Source: the human T2T-CHM13v2.0 reference genome, Homo sapiens
Length of the DNA: 64,000 nucleotides
Reading direction: 5' to 3' (one strand)
NCBI RefSeq assembly: GCF_009914755.1
Contig: NC_060925.1
Shown piece after piece: positions 27,524 through 39,955 of this stretch; position 1 is the first letter of the stretch, and each line of letters begins with the position of its first letter. The notes beneath the pieces were generated by a model. The model searched no databases and had not been told where the DNA came from. It worked only from the letters and a program-made list of their open reading frames with translations. Both the position numbers and the translations under genes were made by a program.

Positions 27524-28578
27524 TAGAGAGAGTCCCACAAACACCAGCCTGCGGCAGGGCATTTGTCCATGGTCCCCAAACAGTGGACCACCTGACTCCC
27601 TTCTCTGCAGTGTGCAGCATGAGCAGGGTGTGGCACTGGGACAGACAAACTTGAATCTGGATGTTATTCTGCCACCCAATAGCAGTGTCACCTTGAGGAC
27701 ATTTATTTACCTTTCTGGGACTATTTTTCTCTGTAAATAGGGGTAATAGATCATGTACTCTAAAACTGGATTGTAGTGATAGCTGTATAATGTTGTAAAT
27801 TTACTAAAAATCACTGAACTGTACACTTAAACCAGGTGAATATTATGATCTATAAATTATACTTCAATAAAGCTCAGGCTTGTTATAAAGAAAAAATGAC
27901 AGAATATACAGGGAGCTTTTTTATCCAGTGTATGAACATTTGCTGAGGTCCTGCTGCACAGGCACTGGGCTCTACCGGCTGAGAGGCTCCATCCAGCATG
28001 GTCTCGTATGTCGGTTTTGCCTTGATCACCGTTGAGTTGATTGCTTGCCATGTATTCTTTGAGAAGTCACATTCCCTCTCTGGGCCTTGTCTTTAAAATA
28101 AAGAGCTGGACTACAAAGTTTTGAAATCTTTGGGAAGCCTCAAACCCCTTCCTTTAAACAGAAGCTTAAGAGAATTCCAGTATAAGAACCTCAATAGGCA
28201 AGGCAGATAAACGCAGGGTTGCTCTGGTGAAGGTAGGGGTTGGGACAGTCAAGGGGGACTCTCCCTAGACACCCCTCTCTCCCAACTCCAAGAAAAGCTC
28301 CCCTCTCCAGGCAGCCCTGGAGGGAGCCTCATCCCCAGAGGCCACCTGGAAGCCAGGGGCTAGGTGCTCCCTGGGCTCCCTCCACCCCGTGCAGCTCTGG
28401 ACTTTTCTGTTCCATGCAGCCTGCCCAGCAAGGCTGCCAGGCTGACTCTGGACTTCTGAGATACAGAGAATGCCCCCAGGTTCTGCCCTGTGACACGAAG
28501 CCCCGCACTCTAGGGGAGCATGAGGTCCTTACTAAGCATTCACTGTGTGCCCGGCTCTGGGCTGGGCTTCACCTAGGA

Positions 28579-29978
28579 CAGCAGTTCTCAAACCTTTTGG
28601 TTCTAAGACCCGTTTATTGAGGACCCTCCAAGAGCGTTTTCTTATGTAAGTTAGATCCATCCATAGTTACCATATTCAAAATTAAAACTGAGAAATTTCT
28701 AAATTAGCTCAAAATACAATAGTAACTCATTACCTGTTAATACAACATATTTAATAAGTAACTATATTTTCCAAGACCAAAAAAATATATAGTAGACGTT
28801 TTCTCTAGTAAAATATCTAGTAAGAAGGAGGCCTTGTTTCACATCATTGCAAATCTCTTTAATGTGTGGTTTACTAGAAGGTAGCTAGAGTTTTATATCA
28901 ACTTCGGTGTTCGGTCTGTCTGCAATACATTACTTTGATTGAAAGATGAAAGAAAATCCAACCTCACTCAGATATGTAACTGGAAAGGGGAGGGGTATTT
29001 AATAAAGCCTTTTCAGATCATTGTGGATATTTTTCTTTGATATGACATCACTGCTCCCCAAGTGGTAGCTTCTTAAAGACTGGCTGCAGTGGGGAATCTG
29101 AAACCTTGCACTTGGAATGCTTGTTTGCCTCTGTGCATGATTTTGTGACATCATTCATTTATCATTTCGAAGATATTGGCTTGCCGAATTGTGAAGATCT
29201 TTCAAATATTGATGAATTTCATTAAACAATATTAACAAATCACATCTATTACTATTCCCACTGATCTTATCACAAAAGTCCTTTTCATAGTAATATGTGT
29301 GAGTTTTCCAAAATTCTAATTTTTGCTTGAAAGCTTAAATTTTATCATTGGCCACAAATACTGCCAGTTGTTTTTCTGGAAGTGACGAGCTCACTTCGTT
29401 CATTTTTGCAAAAATGCCTGCTCAACACCCAAGTCTGAATAACTGGAGTTTGTTGGTTGTTCTTTCAGATAAAATGGTATCCCATGGAAAAATGGCTAGT
29501 TCAGCCTGCAACTCAAACAGATGCACAGGTGATGGGCACTGTTCAGTTGCTTGAGAAATTATTGTGTAATATTTCTGTAAGAAGCAGAAGTGCTTTATGT
29601 GTACTTCTCATTCCATCACAGAGAATATTAAAAAGATGTGCACTCCAGAATCAAGCTTCAATATAATTATAATCTTTGCTGCTTCATGAAAAGAAGACAT
29701 TCTTAACTGAAAATGGCATTTCATTATTTACCAATTACTTTGCTTAGCGGGTGTGTAGTGTGGAAGAACACAAAGACGGGTGCAGTGTGATACTATTACC
29801 TTGATTCATGGTAAGGTGCCAGCAGCTTCACCCACCACTGCTTTAGCACCATCAATGTCAAGCATGGGAATGGCAAATAACTTTATTGCCATCATGGAAA
29901 CTGCTTTGACCTTATGGACCCCCCTGAAAATTCTTAGGGACTCCCAGGGACCCGTGGCCCCCATCTTGATTACTGCTA
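28579..29978. mobile_element. hAT DNA transposon (Charlie1-type), non-autonomous
   Basis: Terminus CAGCAGTTCTCAAACCTTTTGG...ATTGAGGACCC..AAGAGC and the opposite end GGACCCCCTGAAA...TTGATTACTGCT (degenerate TIR). AT-rich interior. Confidence 0.7.
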
Positions 29979-29984
29979 TAAGGT

Positions 29985-30135
29985 AAACTTCACAAGGGCC
30001 TGTTCCCTGTGTGTTACTGTCTCCATTTTCAGATGAGGACCCCGAAGTTCAGAAAGTTTAAGTAACTTGCCCAGGGTCACACAGGCAGGAAGTGGCAGTC
30101 TTGGTTTGACCTAGGCCATCTGACTCCCAGCCACA
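29985..30135. mobile_element. MIR SINE (its other part lies left of the Charlie element, ~28530-28575)
   Basis: CCATTTTCAGATGAGGA...AAGTAACTTGCCCAGGGTCACAC. Confidence 0.75.
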
Positions 30136-33100
30136 CACACGCTGCTTCAGTTATGCCCTACAGAACATGCTGTGGGGGCCTCTCCTCTGCCCCTTCCCCA
30201 TTGCCTCACCTCCTGAGGTCTTTGGGGCTCACGATCTACTCCAGGGGAGGCACGAAGACACCTCCAGGTTTGCAGTGGTGAGGACCTGGGCTTCTATTAC
30301 TGTCTGCCCCAGGGCACCCCTGCCACCCTCTACCAGTAGGAGACCTAATGGGGGTGGAGCACGCCTCCCTGGGAAGCCTCAGACGTCTGGGGCTGGCTTG
30401 CCAATGGCAGGCTCAGTTCTTGATGCTTCCCTGCCTCCTGCAGCTGCAGCAGCAGCAACCAGCACAGTTCCCAGCATCAAAGAGCTAATCCAATTTCTCA
30501 GCTGTGCTTCCCCCTTCGCCTCCTGCAATGCCAGGATTGATTTGGAAACAGGGCAGCCTTATTAAAGTGATGCCTTTTCCTACTCGTGGGAGAGTCAAAC
30601 TGGGAGAGGGAGCCCTCCCACAGCCAATTAACTCCATGCTTCCCGCTAACACTGATCCTAGCCACAGCCACCCTTGAGTTTCCTGGGGTTTACCTGTAAC
30701 TCTTCTTAGCTCCTAGTGGTGAGGATGGATTTCAGTCCTAGGTCTGCTTCCCTCCAAGACCCAAGAGCACTTAACCAATAGGTTCTTGTTCATCCTTCCT
30801 GCACTTCTAGAGGGTTGCCTGGGTGGTCCCCTCTCCTCCTGCTTGCAGGCCTCCACCCCGTCTCCTAACATCCCATCTTAGGCCCTATGACCGGGCCGTC
30901 ACTTGGTCCATCTGAGTTGGTACAATGAAAGATACATGGCAGACAGCCCCAAGAGGGATAGAGGTAAAGACCTGTACATTTGTTAAATGGGCTTTTCTCC
31001 AAATAAACACAGGAGGCAGAAGACAAGGACAGTCCTCAGAGACCTCTACCACCCTCAGCCCAAGCCCCTCTCCAGGCCCCCCTCCTTGCGGCCTCACAGC
31101 TCTCCTCTAATCTAGGGAGTTAAGGTGTAGCAGAAGCAGAGAAGGCCCCGCTCCAGAAAATGCTTCCTTTCTACAAATAGCATAAAAACTGCTTCCCGAG
31201 TCACTTTGTAGAAGAGGAAGGACATGCACAACACATCTGGATCATTAGTTCAGACTGGAATCAATGGTGAGGAAAAGAGATTTCTCTCAAACCACCCAGC
31301 CCTTAGGGAGCAGAGGTTCTCTGGGAAGGTCTTTGGAGCTCAGAGCACTGGCTGACCTTGGGGAAGGCATTTCTGGTCTGGAAAGGAAAAAATGAGCACC
31401 ACCTCTTTGACGCTACCACCCTCCCACCCCCGGCCACCGCTCCCCTCCCTCCGCCACCCATACACATGGCCCTACCCAGCTCAGCCCTGCAATACCACAA
31501 ATGCCTCATTTGACTTCAGAGGAAAATGGAGCAAAGAGTAGGAGTGAGGAAGGGAGTAAAAAGAAGGGCGGGGGAAGGAACAAGTGGGGAGGGAGAGATG
31601 AAGGTACAAGGTACCCTCTCCTGTCTCTCACATGCACACTACTGCAGGTGGTTACAACTCTTTTCTGTTTCTCCACAGCTGAGCAGGAAACTGGGAGAAG
31701 AGCCCTTCTCCCCTGCAGCCTCTCCCTCTTGGCCTCCATCACCACTCTCCTAACCCCTGCCAAGCCCTGCATCTGATCCTACCTGAGCTAAAGAAGCAGA
31801 AGGTCCGGAGGGAGCCTGTGATTTTTGCCTCGGTCACCTCTTACAAATGCGGTGGGCTGCTGGGCTCGCCCTAACCCTGCATCACCCCCAGGCTGCTCCT
31901 TCAGTCTACTCGGGTATGGAAAGGGTTAAGCTCCTCCCATCCCCTCCTTCCTTCATCCCATTTCTCCATTCACTTCTATTTTCCCATATGCCTAGTGCCA
32001 AGCTCACAGTTACAACCACTTACACCCTGTATTAAGATGCATGGAATAGTAATGGGTAAATTCCGTCTCTAATTGCAATATTTCCTAATTACTAAATTCC
32101 AGAGCCACTGTATCAACCCAATTATGGCAAGTCCTGCCAGAGTTCTCCATGGTCTGAGGACTCCCTGCCTTACTGAGAGGCACCTGACAAATGCCTCGGG
32201 GGAGCTTTCCTGACTCCCCACCCAGCTGCTGTCCTCCCCTGGTCCCAGACTGTCCAGTGATGAGGCCCTTGGGCTTCTAGTTTCTCTGCAGGGGATGGGA
32301 GGAAGTGAAGCAAGCTTTGTGATTGAGGAAAGCCTTGTGTTGACAGGCGACTATCCTGGGGTTGGAGAGCATCTGGGAGCCCTGTCACTCTGCACCAGCC
32401 ACCATCAATGCTCCCAGCTTCAGAACTCCACTTTGGGGGCTAGGGGGACCCAGGAGAGGAGGAGAAACAACATGCCCTGGCCTTGGGGAGCGCCCAGGCT
32501 GATAGAGGAGACACGGTTATTTTGAGTTCTCCTTTACATCCCAGGTGCCTTTTACAGAGTAGGTGCTTAGTGCATTGGAGTGGAACGTGGAGGAAAAGGC
32601 GGGAGGAAAGTAGGAAGTAAGGAAGGAATGGGGTGCTCTGGCTCAGGCTGAGTTTAGACTCTGGCTACACCTGCACGCAAGGGTTGACTTTTGGGCTGTG
32701 AGTCCCATAGGGATCTGACTTCTCAGGTCTGGAGTCTCCGAAGGAGAGAAGCAGTCACACACCCACTAACTCCCATTCTCCCTGCCTTTGCAAGGGGCCC
32801 TCCTCCCCAGCCCACCCCTAGGACCCTGAATACACACATATGCACACACAGGTACACACACATATGCACACACACACGGCTGCTGGGCTTCAGAGGAGCC
32901 GTTTAATTGCCGAGTTGAAACCTGCAAGGGCTTTTGGTGCTGATGACATCAGCATGCCATCACAGATAGGGCTGCTGAGGCTGGAGCAGCTCTGGATTCA
33001 GCGGGGTGTCCCATCATGCACTCAAGACTGCCCACCCTGGGGCCTCCCTCCTTGCTTCAGAGCAGGTGTTCCTGAAGGAGGTGCCAGAGCCCTTATGGAG

Positions 33101-33914
33101 AGCCCAAGGAAACCCAACATCAGGGAGGGAGAGCTGATTCAATTCCTCCAAGGAATCACTGCCTAATTTTTGTAAAGGCTGCTGCCTGATTTAAATCACC
33201 CAGCCTCCTGCTTCTACTCAACGCGTTAGTGGCCTCATCCCAAGGACCCGCACCTGTATTCTCGGGCTCCATTTGCCATAGGTAGAGCTGGTGAGAAGCG
33301 GCGAGGAGAGGAGGAAGGGTTCTGACCACTCAGCTGCTGTGGCCTGGAAGGCCCCCTGCAAAGTGCCTATGATCTGGGGATTTTGAACAACCACACAACT
33401 TCTCTGGGGATTTTGAACCACACAACTTCTCTGGGCCTTTGCCCGTTCATTGTAAAGTGGGGACAGCGATGGCGTAGCCGAGGACTGCAGTGATGAGAGC
33501 TTGACCGCCCTTGTGAGCCGCTCTATCCCCGAGCAGGGGAGCAGGAGGCGCAGGGAGGAGCCCTGAGGTTCCCTGTTGTGCGGGACCCACACTGACTTTG
33601 CCCTTTCTTATGCCTGATGCTTAGTGTTACTGACAGCAAAAGCTGAAATCCTGAGGTCCCCGGCTAAAGTGACCAAGGAAGGGCCTCTCCTGACTTTACA
33701 GCAGCAGGTAACCCCCCTTTCTTTCAGATTTGGAGGCTGCTTGGCCATTTTAATGGACCCTGCTACTCACATCCTACTTCCCTAAGTGTGAGGGGCTTTC
33801 AGAATCTAACCTCCTCCCTGGCACTCAGCCAGCAGGGACTTTATCCTCATCAGAAAATGATCCAGGGAGGAAGCTTCTACAATATCTACTGCTCATCTTG
33901 GATTTTGGGAGTCC

Positions 33915-34184
33915 TTTTTTTTTTTTTGAGACCGGATCTCACTGTTTTCCAGGCTGAAGTGAAGTGGCATGACCATAGCTCACTGCAGTCTCGACCTCCT
34001 GGGCTCAGGCGATCCTCCTGCTTAACCTGGTGTGCCACCATGCCCAGCTAATTTTTAAATTTTTTGTAGAGACAGGGTCTCCATATGTTGCCCAGCCTGC
34101 TCTGGAATTCCTGGGCTCAAGCGATCCTTCTACCTCAGCCTCCCAAAGCGCTGGGATTACAGGTGTGAGCCACTGCACCTGGCC
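33915..34184 (-). mobile_element. AluJ-type with TSD
   Basis: Reverse Alu with GGGAGTCCTT on both flanks. Confidence 0.9.
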
Positions 34185-37100
34185 TGGGGAGTCCTTCTGG
34201 ATGTTTAATTTTAGACCCAGCCTCTCTAGGGGAGGGGGCTGGCAGCTAGGTGTTCCCCTGCCCTCCAGGCTCACAGTGACTCTCAGGTCCCTCTGGGCCT
34301 GGATCCAAATTTACCCATCACTCTGGCTACTTCCTTGAACTGTCAGTTCCAGAGATGAAAATGAAGGATTGCTGGGACAAATCCTTCCCAGAAATCAAGC
34401 TTTGGCAAGAAAAGACTCATTAGGCATAAAAACCGTCTTCGAGTGAGGGGGATGAAACGCAGGACTGACCACCAAGACGGTGAGGGCAACTCCTTCCCTT
34501 GAGTTTTAAGAATATCAAAGGTGGACAGTGCTCCCTGCAGCTGGAGAACCCAAGACAGTGTTGTGTGTGTGGGCAGGAAAAGGAGCACGCAGGCCACCCA
34601 AGGATGGAAAGCACTTACTCCTCCCGCGCCAGGCACTGTTCTACACGCTTTACAGGAATTAACCCATTTCATCCTCACCAAGAACAATCTACGTCATAGT
34701 TACAAATTTTAGCTCCATTCTACAGATGGCAAGACTAAAAAACAGAGTGTGATTGACTCGCCCAAAATCACAGCAAGTGGCAGAACCAGGATGAACCCTG
34801 GCAATCTGGCTGTAGTCACTATACTGCCACTTAGAAAAAAATCTCTGACTTGATGTTTCTCCAATGAAACTATATTATTTATCACAGGCTTCTGGAGTCC
34901 AGGAGAAGCCATAACTGAATCCCAGCTTCTCTGGCCTGGCTTCTCTGACTGAGTGGAAGATGAAGAATCAACTTGTTGCCTATGGATGGATTATTCACGT
35001 AGGGAATTTAGAACTGCATCTGTCTGGTGGTCCAGGGGCTACTTCTAAAATAACACGAATAGTTATCAGTTCTACAATACTACCCTGAGAGTTAAGCATT
35101 ATTACCTCTGTTCTTTAGAGAAAACTGTGCAGACATTGTCAGATCATCCTGTTACATGCTCTCGAAGCTTCCTACATACCTTCATAACTCTTGGCACAGT
35201 CATGATGAATTCTTTATGTAATTATCTAATTGTGTGGTATTCACTAGATTGTAAATGCCACGAGGGCAGGAAACAGGTCTGTTTTGTTCCCACCTGAATC
35301 TCCATTGCCTAGCACAGATTCTCAAAATGCAATAGTGGAACGAATGCAGAAGGGATGCTGAGTGGCTCAGTAACATGTGTAGGGCCTGCGGCTGTGCTCA
35401 CCTCCCCACCCAGAGAGACTACAATAGTGGCACATGGTAGGTACTCACTAATAAAATACTTGTTGCAAATGTCAGACTTTGTACTTAGCAGCCCTGGGAT
35501 TTGAACCCAGGCCTGTCTATCTCCTAGCCTCCATTCTTTGGTGCTTCATATTTAACCACTGCACTGAGTGACCCTGCCCCCCCATTACTCCCTCTGACTT
35601 GCTGTTCCAGTTCTTAAAGAGTATCCCCACCACCCTGGACCTTCAGTGGTGGGGATACTCTGGCTTCAGCTAGGACCTGCCTAGACTGGGGAAGTCCACA
35701 GAGCAAATCCCAAAGCCAAGTGAAGTAGTGTTTCTACTCATCTGCAGCCTTAAGTCCTCCACGAGGATGCTTCTGTCCAGGGAAGGGAATGATGGTCATT
35801 CTTCCAGGCAAATGAAGCCCAACCTCCTCCCACTCTGTCCTCACTGCCTTCTGTCCCCCTGCTTCCAGTGCACTCACTGCCCCTCTATCTACTCTCCCCT
35901 GAGAGGGCGGCACAGGCCTGGCGGGGAAGAAAAAGGAGACCCCATTGAGATATGATAATGTTCAGATGGAGGCAGAAAGAATGACTAGAGGTCAGGCTTG
36001 CCTAGGGGCTGGGGAACACTGGGGTAGCCTGGTCCCCAGGGCTTGAGAAGGGCAAGGAAGAGGCTTCTCCAGCCACCTCCAAAGCCCACCCCCAGGTCTC
36101 TGCAGTATCATAGACAGCCCTGTCACACCTGCCTGGAAGCTGCCTAAGGGTAGAAGGAATAAAACGAGCTCCAGCTGCAATGTGAGGGCAGGTGAGCCCA
36201 GACCCAGCTCCAGAAAGGGTCTCCTCGGCCCTGCGAGGTCTTCAGCAAGGTACATGCTTTGCCCAGGTGAAACCAGCTTCAGTCCTAAATTGAAGCCAGT
36301 TGCAAGCTTCTCTAGGTGAAAAGTCAATGTTTACGAACACCAACACTTTTTGCTTCCCCTGGTCCTGTTCTGCGGATGTCAGACCCCAAAGCTGAAAAAG
36401 AAATGTTCCTGCATAATCACCCCCTTCCCCCAAAAGAAAACCCAAGTTCCCTGGACCAAGCTCCTGGACTGCAGAACAAAGCAGACTCCCAGCAGAGTGG
36501 TCTGGTCTCTCTTCCTCCAGGGAATGGTGGGCCAGGTCTATGTGAGGCTATAACCTAGAAACTTTCCTCTGCCTCCCTCTCCTCCTCCTTTGGCAAGACA
36601 AGGAGGGGAGAAGGTAAGGATTAAGCCCAAAAGATCTCCAGAAAAAGCCAAGCCTCTGGGGGGAGTCCTAGAGGGTGAAGCCAGGGATCTGCCTGGCAGC
36701 CAAGCAGAGCAGAGGCAGCCACCCTGAGGGAAAGGTGGTTCAGTCGGGGTTCAGTGGGCACTGGCCATTTTCCAGGGGCATGGGAGGAGATGGGTTGGAG
36801 TTGGACTCCCTAGGCTGCAGTGTGCCTGGCGTGGACCCCTGACGCTGACTCACCTCCAGGGCCCTGACACACGCTGCAGCTTGCAGTGCCTGCCAGACCA
36901 CCACTCTCATTCCACAGGACCAGGATGCCAGGCACGTCCCACTGCATCAGAGCCACCCTGCCCCCTTCCACCTGCCACTCGGGCCCGCCTTTGGGGCACT
37001 GGGCATGGCTTTTTTCAGCACCTCTGCTGGTCACAGAGATGTTTCTAGCAGCCCCAAAGCTGGACTTAGTCTTAAGTAGGGAGAGATGGTTGAAAGGATT

Positions 37101-38448
37101 AAGGGCTTCCCTGCTTCTGTCACCCCCTCTAATGAAGTGCCAGGTTATGGGGATCCAGACAGATTGGACGGAGGACAATCTATTCCACCTGGGAGAGGCC
37201 CCGCAGGGCGGCAGCAGTAGGGGAGGGAGAAGGGCACCCTTTTGCTTTCCAGGTCAGACCCCAGTTCACCTTTCTGGCTTCCTGGCGCCCCCAGATCCTA
37301 AGGACTTCCTCCTCCTTATAAGCTAACTCAACCTGTACTACCTGCCCACGGGGCCTCTGCCCTTCCCTCCCCACTGCAGTGGCCCCTCCTGGGCCAGCAC
37401 CTCTTCTGTCCTTGCACTCCCTTCTCCTGCTGCGGGGAGAGCACCTACTCTGCCACCTCAGCCAGGGGTAAGGGAGGACACTGCCCTGCCAGGAGACACC
37501 CCACGAGCCATGGGCTGGGGGTGTCCTGGAGGCACCTGTGGAATGTGGGGATGAAAAGGGAGGAGACAGGATGAGGGGGCCTGGCTTAGTGGGATGTGAA
37601 ACGATAAAGCTCCACTTTTTAGTTGAAAAATAAAAGCCCTGTGCCCCAGAGGTGGGGGAAGGAGCATAGGCAGGGGAAGGGGGCACCCCAAATGGGAAAG
37701 GTACATGGAAGAGTCCAGAAAAGGGAGTCGGGCTGTCAGCACCCGCCAGGCTGCGAGCCTAGCCCTTGGGGACAGAGCTGAAGCAGGGACGGCGCGTCCT
37801 AGGTCGTGCTGAGTCATGAGATTTGGAGAGAGGGGAGGGGCGCCTCCAGCCCCTTCTTGGGCCCCTGCCCCAGCTCCTCGTGCCCGTTGCTTCCAGATGG
37901 CCCCTGCAGTCTGTCTCCCCAACCTCTCCCTGACCCAGGGTCTCCGGCTCCCAGCGCCCAGACCCCACCCCCCGCCCCACTTCCCACGACGGCGGTGCCA
38001 GGGGTCCCCGAAGCTTGAGACTGGGGCAAAAGAACCTTCCTTGGAGACCGCTAGGGCTGGCGGGGGCTGGGCTAGACGCGAGTGGGTTCGTCCCAGGGAA
38101 AGGAGAGAGGGACGGGGGCGCAGAGCCGGCCGGTGCAGGGGACGCGTGGCCCGCCCCTCTCTGCAGCAACCCGCGGGAGGAAATCTGCCCCCAGCCCAGC
38201 CCCAGTCCCTCAGAGGAGCCGGCTCCTCGCCCCTCGGGTCCGACTCCCCGAGACGAACCTTCCATCCGGACGCTTCCAAACTCCCCCAAAGGACGGGGCA
38301 GACTCCCGGCCCCCTTGGCCTCAAACTTCCCCAACCCTACTCACCTCTCGGGACCCAGACCACCCCGTGGCCCCTCGACTCAGTAGCAGGAAAGGAGAAA
38401 CTTTGGAGAGGGAGGTCCGTGCCCCCACCGGCGGGGGTATGGACTTAC

Positions 38449-38750
38449 CGGAGAGCGACCCGAAGGAGGCGGGAGAGATCCGGGGTCTCCAATGTGAGGG
38501 GGCGTCGGACGGCAAGGACGCGTGGCTGGCGACGGTTTCGCAGGGGCGCCCGTTCCCCTGGGGGCGCGAAGTCCCCGCTCCACCGCTGCCCCAACTCGGC
38601 TCCGAAGTGCCTTTGCCGCAAGACTTGCTGAGCTTAGCAGTCTGCGCCGAGGCGGCAGAGGGAGGGGGCCTGATCGATGGGCGCGCGCGGCGAGCGCTGC
38701 AGTGAGGGGAGGAGACCAAGCGGCGTGGGAGGGCGGGGACCGAGGCGGAG
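38449..38750 (-). other. SYT2: Non-coding first exon (5' UTR) of synaptotagmin-2; TSS position approximate
   Basis: Consensus donor CCG|GTAAGT at 38449/38448 on the minus strand, inside the CpG island. No minus-strand ATG in 38449-38760. The 5' end is estimated. Confidence 0.7.
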
Positions 38751-38840
38751 GAGGCCCGGAGGAGGCGGAGGGCGGGCCTGCCCCCCGGGACGGGTTCTTT
38801 CTGCGCAGCCCCCCAGGCGCTCGGCGCCCCCGCCTCCTGC

Positions 38841-38849
38841 TCAAGGTCA
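38841..38849 (+). promoter_or_regulatory. Perfect ERRE in the proximal promoter
   Basis: TCAAGGTCA just upstream of the GC boxes. Confidence 0.55.
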
Positions 38850-39556
38850 AGGAGGCTGCTTCCCCAGCAGGAAGGCGGACTGGAAAGGAGCTCTATACTC
38901 CCCACCCGAGAAGGCTGGTCTCCTTTCTAGCCAGCTCCTTCTCTCCAACTTCCCGAACCCACTGCAGCTCAAGGCTAAATTATTGGGCTCAGGAGCCCCC
39001 ATCCCCATGGCCATTTTGGGATCCCTGAGCCCCTAGCCTCCCCTCCTCCCCTCTCCGCTTAGGTCACCGCTACCTATATTGGCCACCTGGATGGTGGGGG
39101 CTTCTGAGCCTAAAGGATGGGTGAGAGAGAGGAGGATGCTTGAGAGAAGACAGCGGTGCCTGAGGCCTATGGAAATAGAACAGCGGAGGGGAGAGTAAGA
39201 ACTGCAGGGTGACAAGGAGAGAGGAGCTGGAAGACGGTAGAAAGAAAAGGAGGACGCTACTGGTTATTAAAGACAGGGTGTTCACACATGTTAGTTTGCT
39301 TAATACGTAAGACATCCCTTTAAGGTGGGCATTTTGCGTGGGCAGTTTGCAGGTGGGGAAACAGTCCCTGAATGGTGCGTTGGACCAAGGAGCTGCAGAC
39401 AGTTAAGTGGTGGCATTTCGGAAGAGCCTGGGAGAAAGAGAAGGGTGGCAAGGGCAAAACAGAGCCCTTCCTAACCTACCCAGGAGCTGCCAGGGCAGCA
39501 CCAGAACTTCCTTACAGCACAATTTGAATATCCGCTTTAACTCTTTTGGAGTTAAC

Positions 39557-39955
<399 letters not shown>

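Larger units (their letters stand above)
37720..38900. promoter_or_regulatory. SYT2: CpG-island promoter (SYT2 distal promoter)
   Basis: Sharp rise in GC and CpG density (e.g. GGCGCGCGCGGCG), GC boxes GGGCGG at ~38731 and ~38770, and G-runs. Gene assignment is by synteny with KDM5B. Confidence 0.85.

Noticed and set aside
37736-37778. RE1 half-sites TCAGCACC and GGACAGAGC in the correct order
   Set aside because: The 26-bp spacer is much longer than canonical or known non-canonical RE1 spacing.
37458-39036. Multiple overlapping 120-290 aa ORFs on both strands
   Set aside because: Stop-codon depletion in a CpG island. Low-complexity Arg/Gly/Pro/Ala products, mostly with non-ATG starts.
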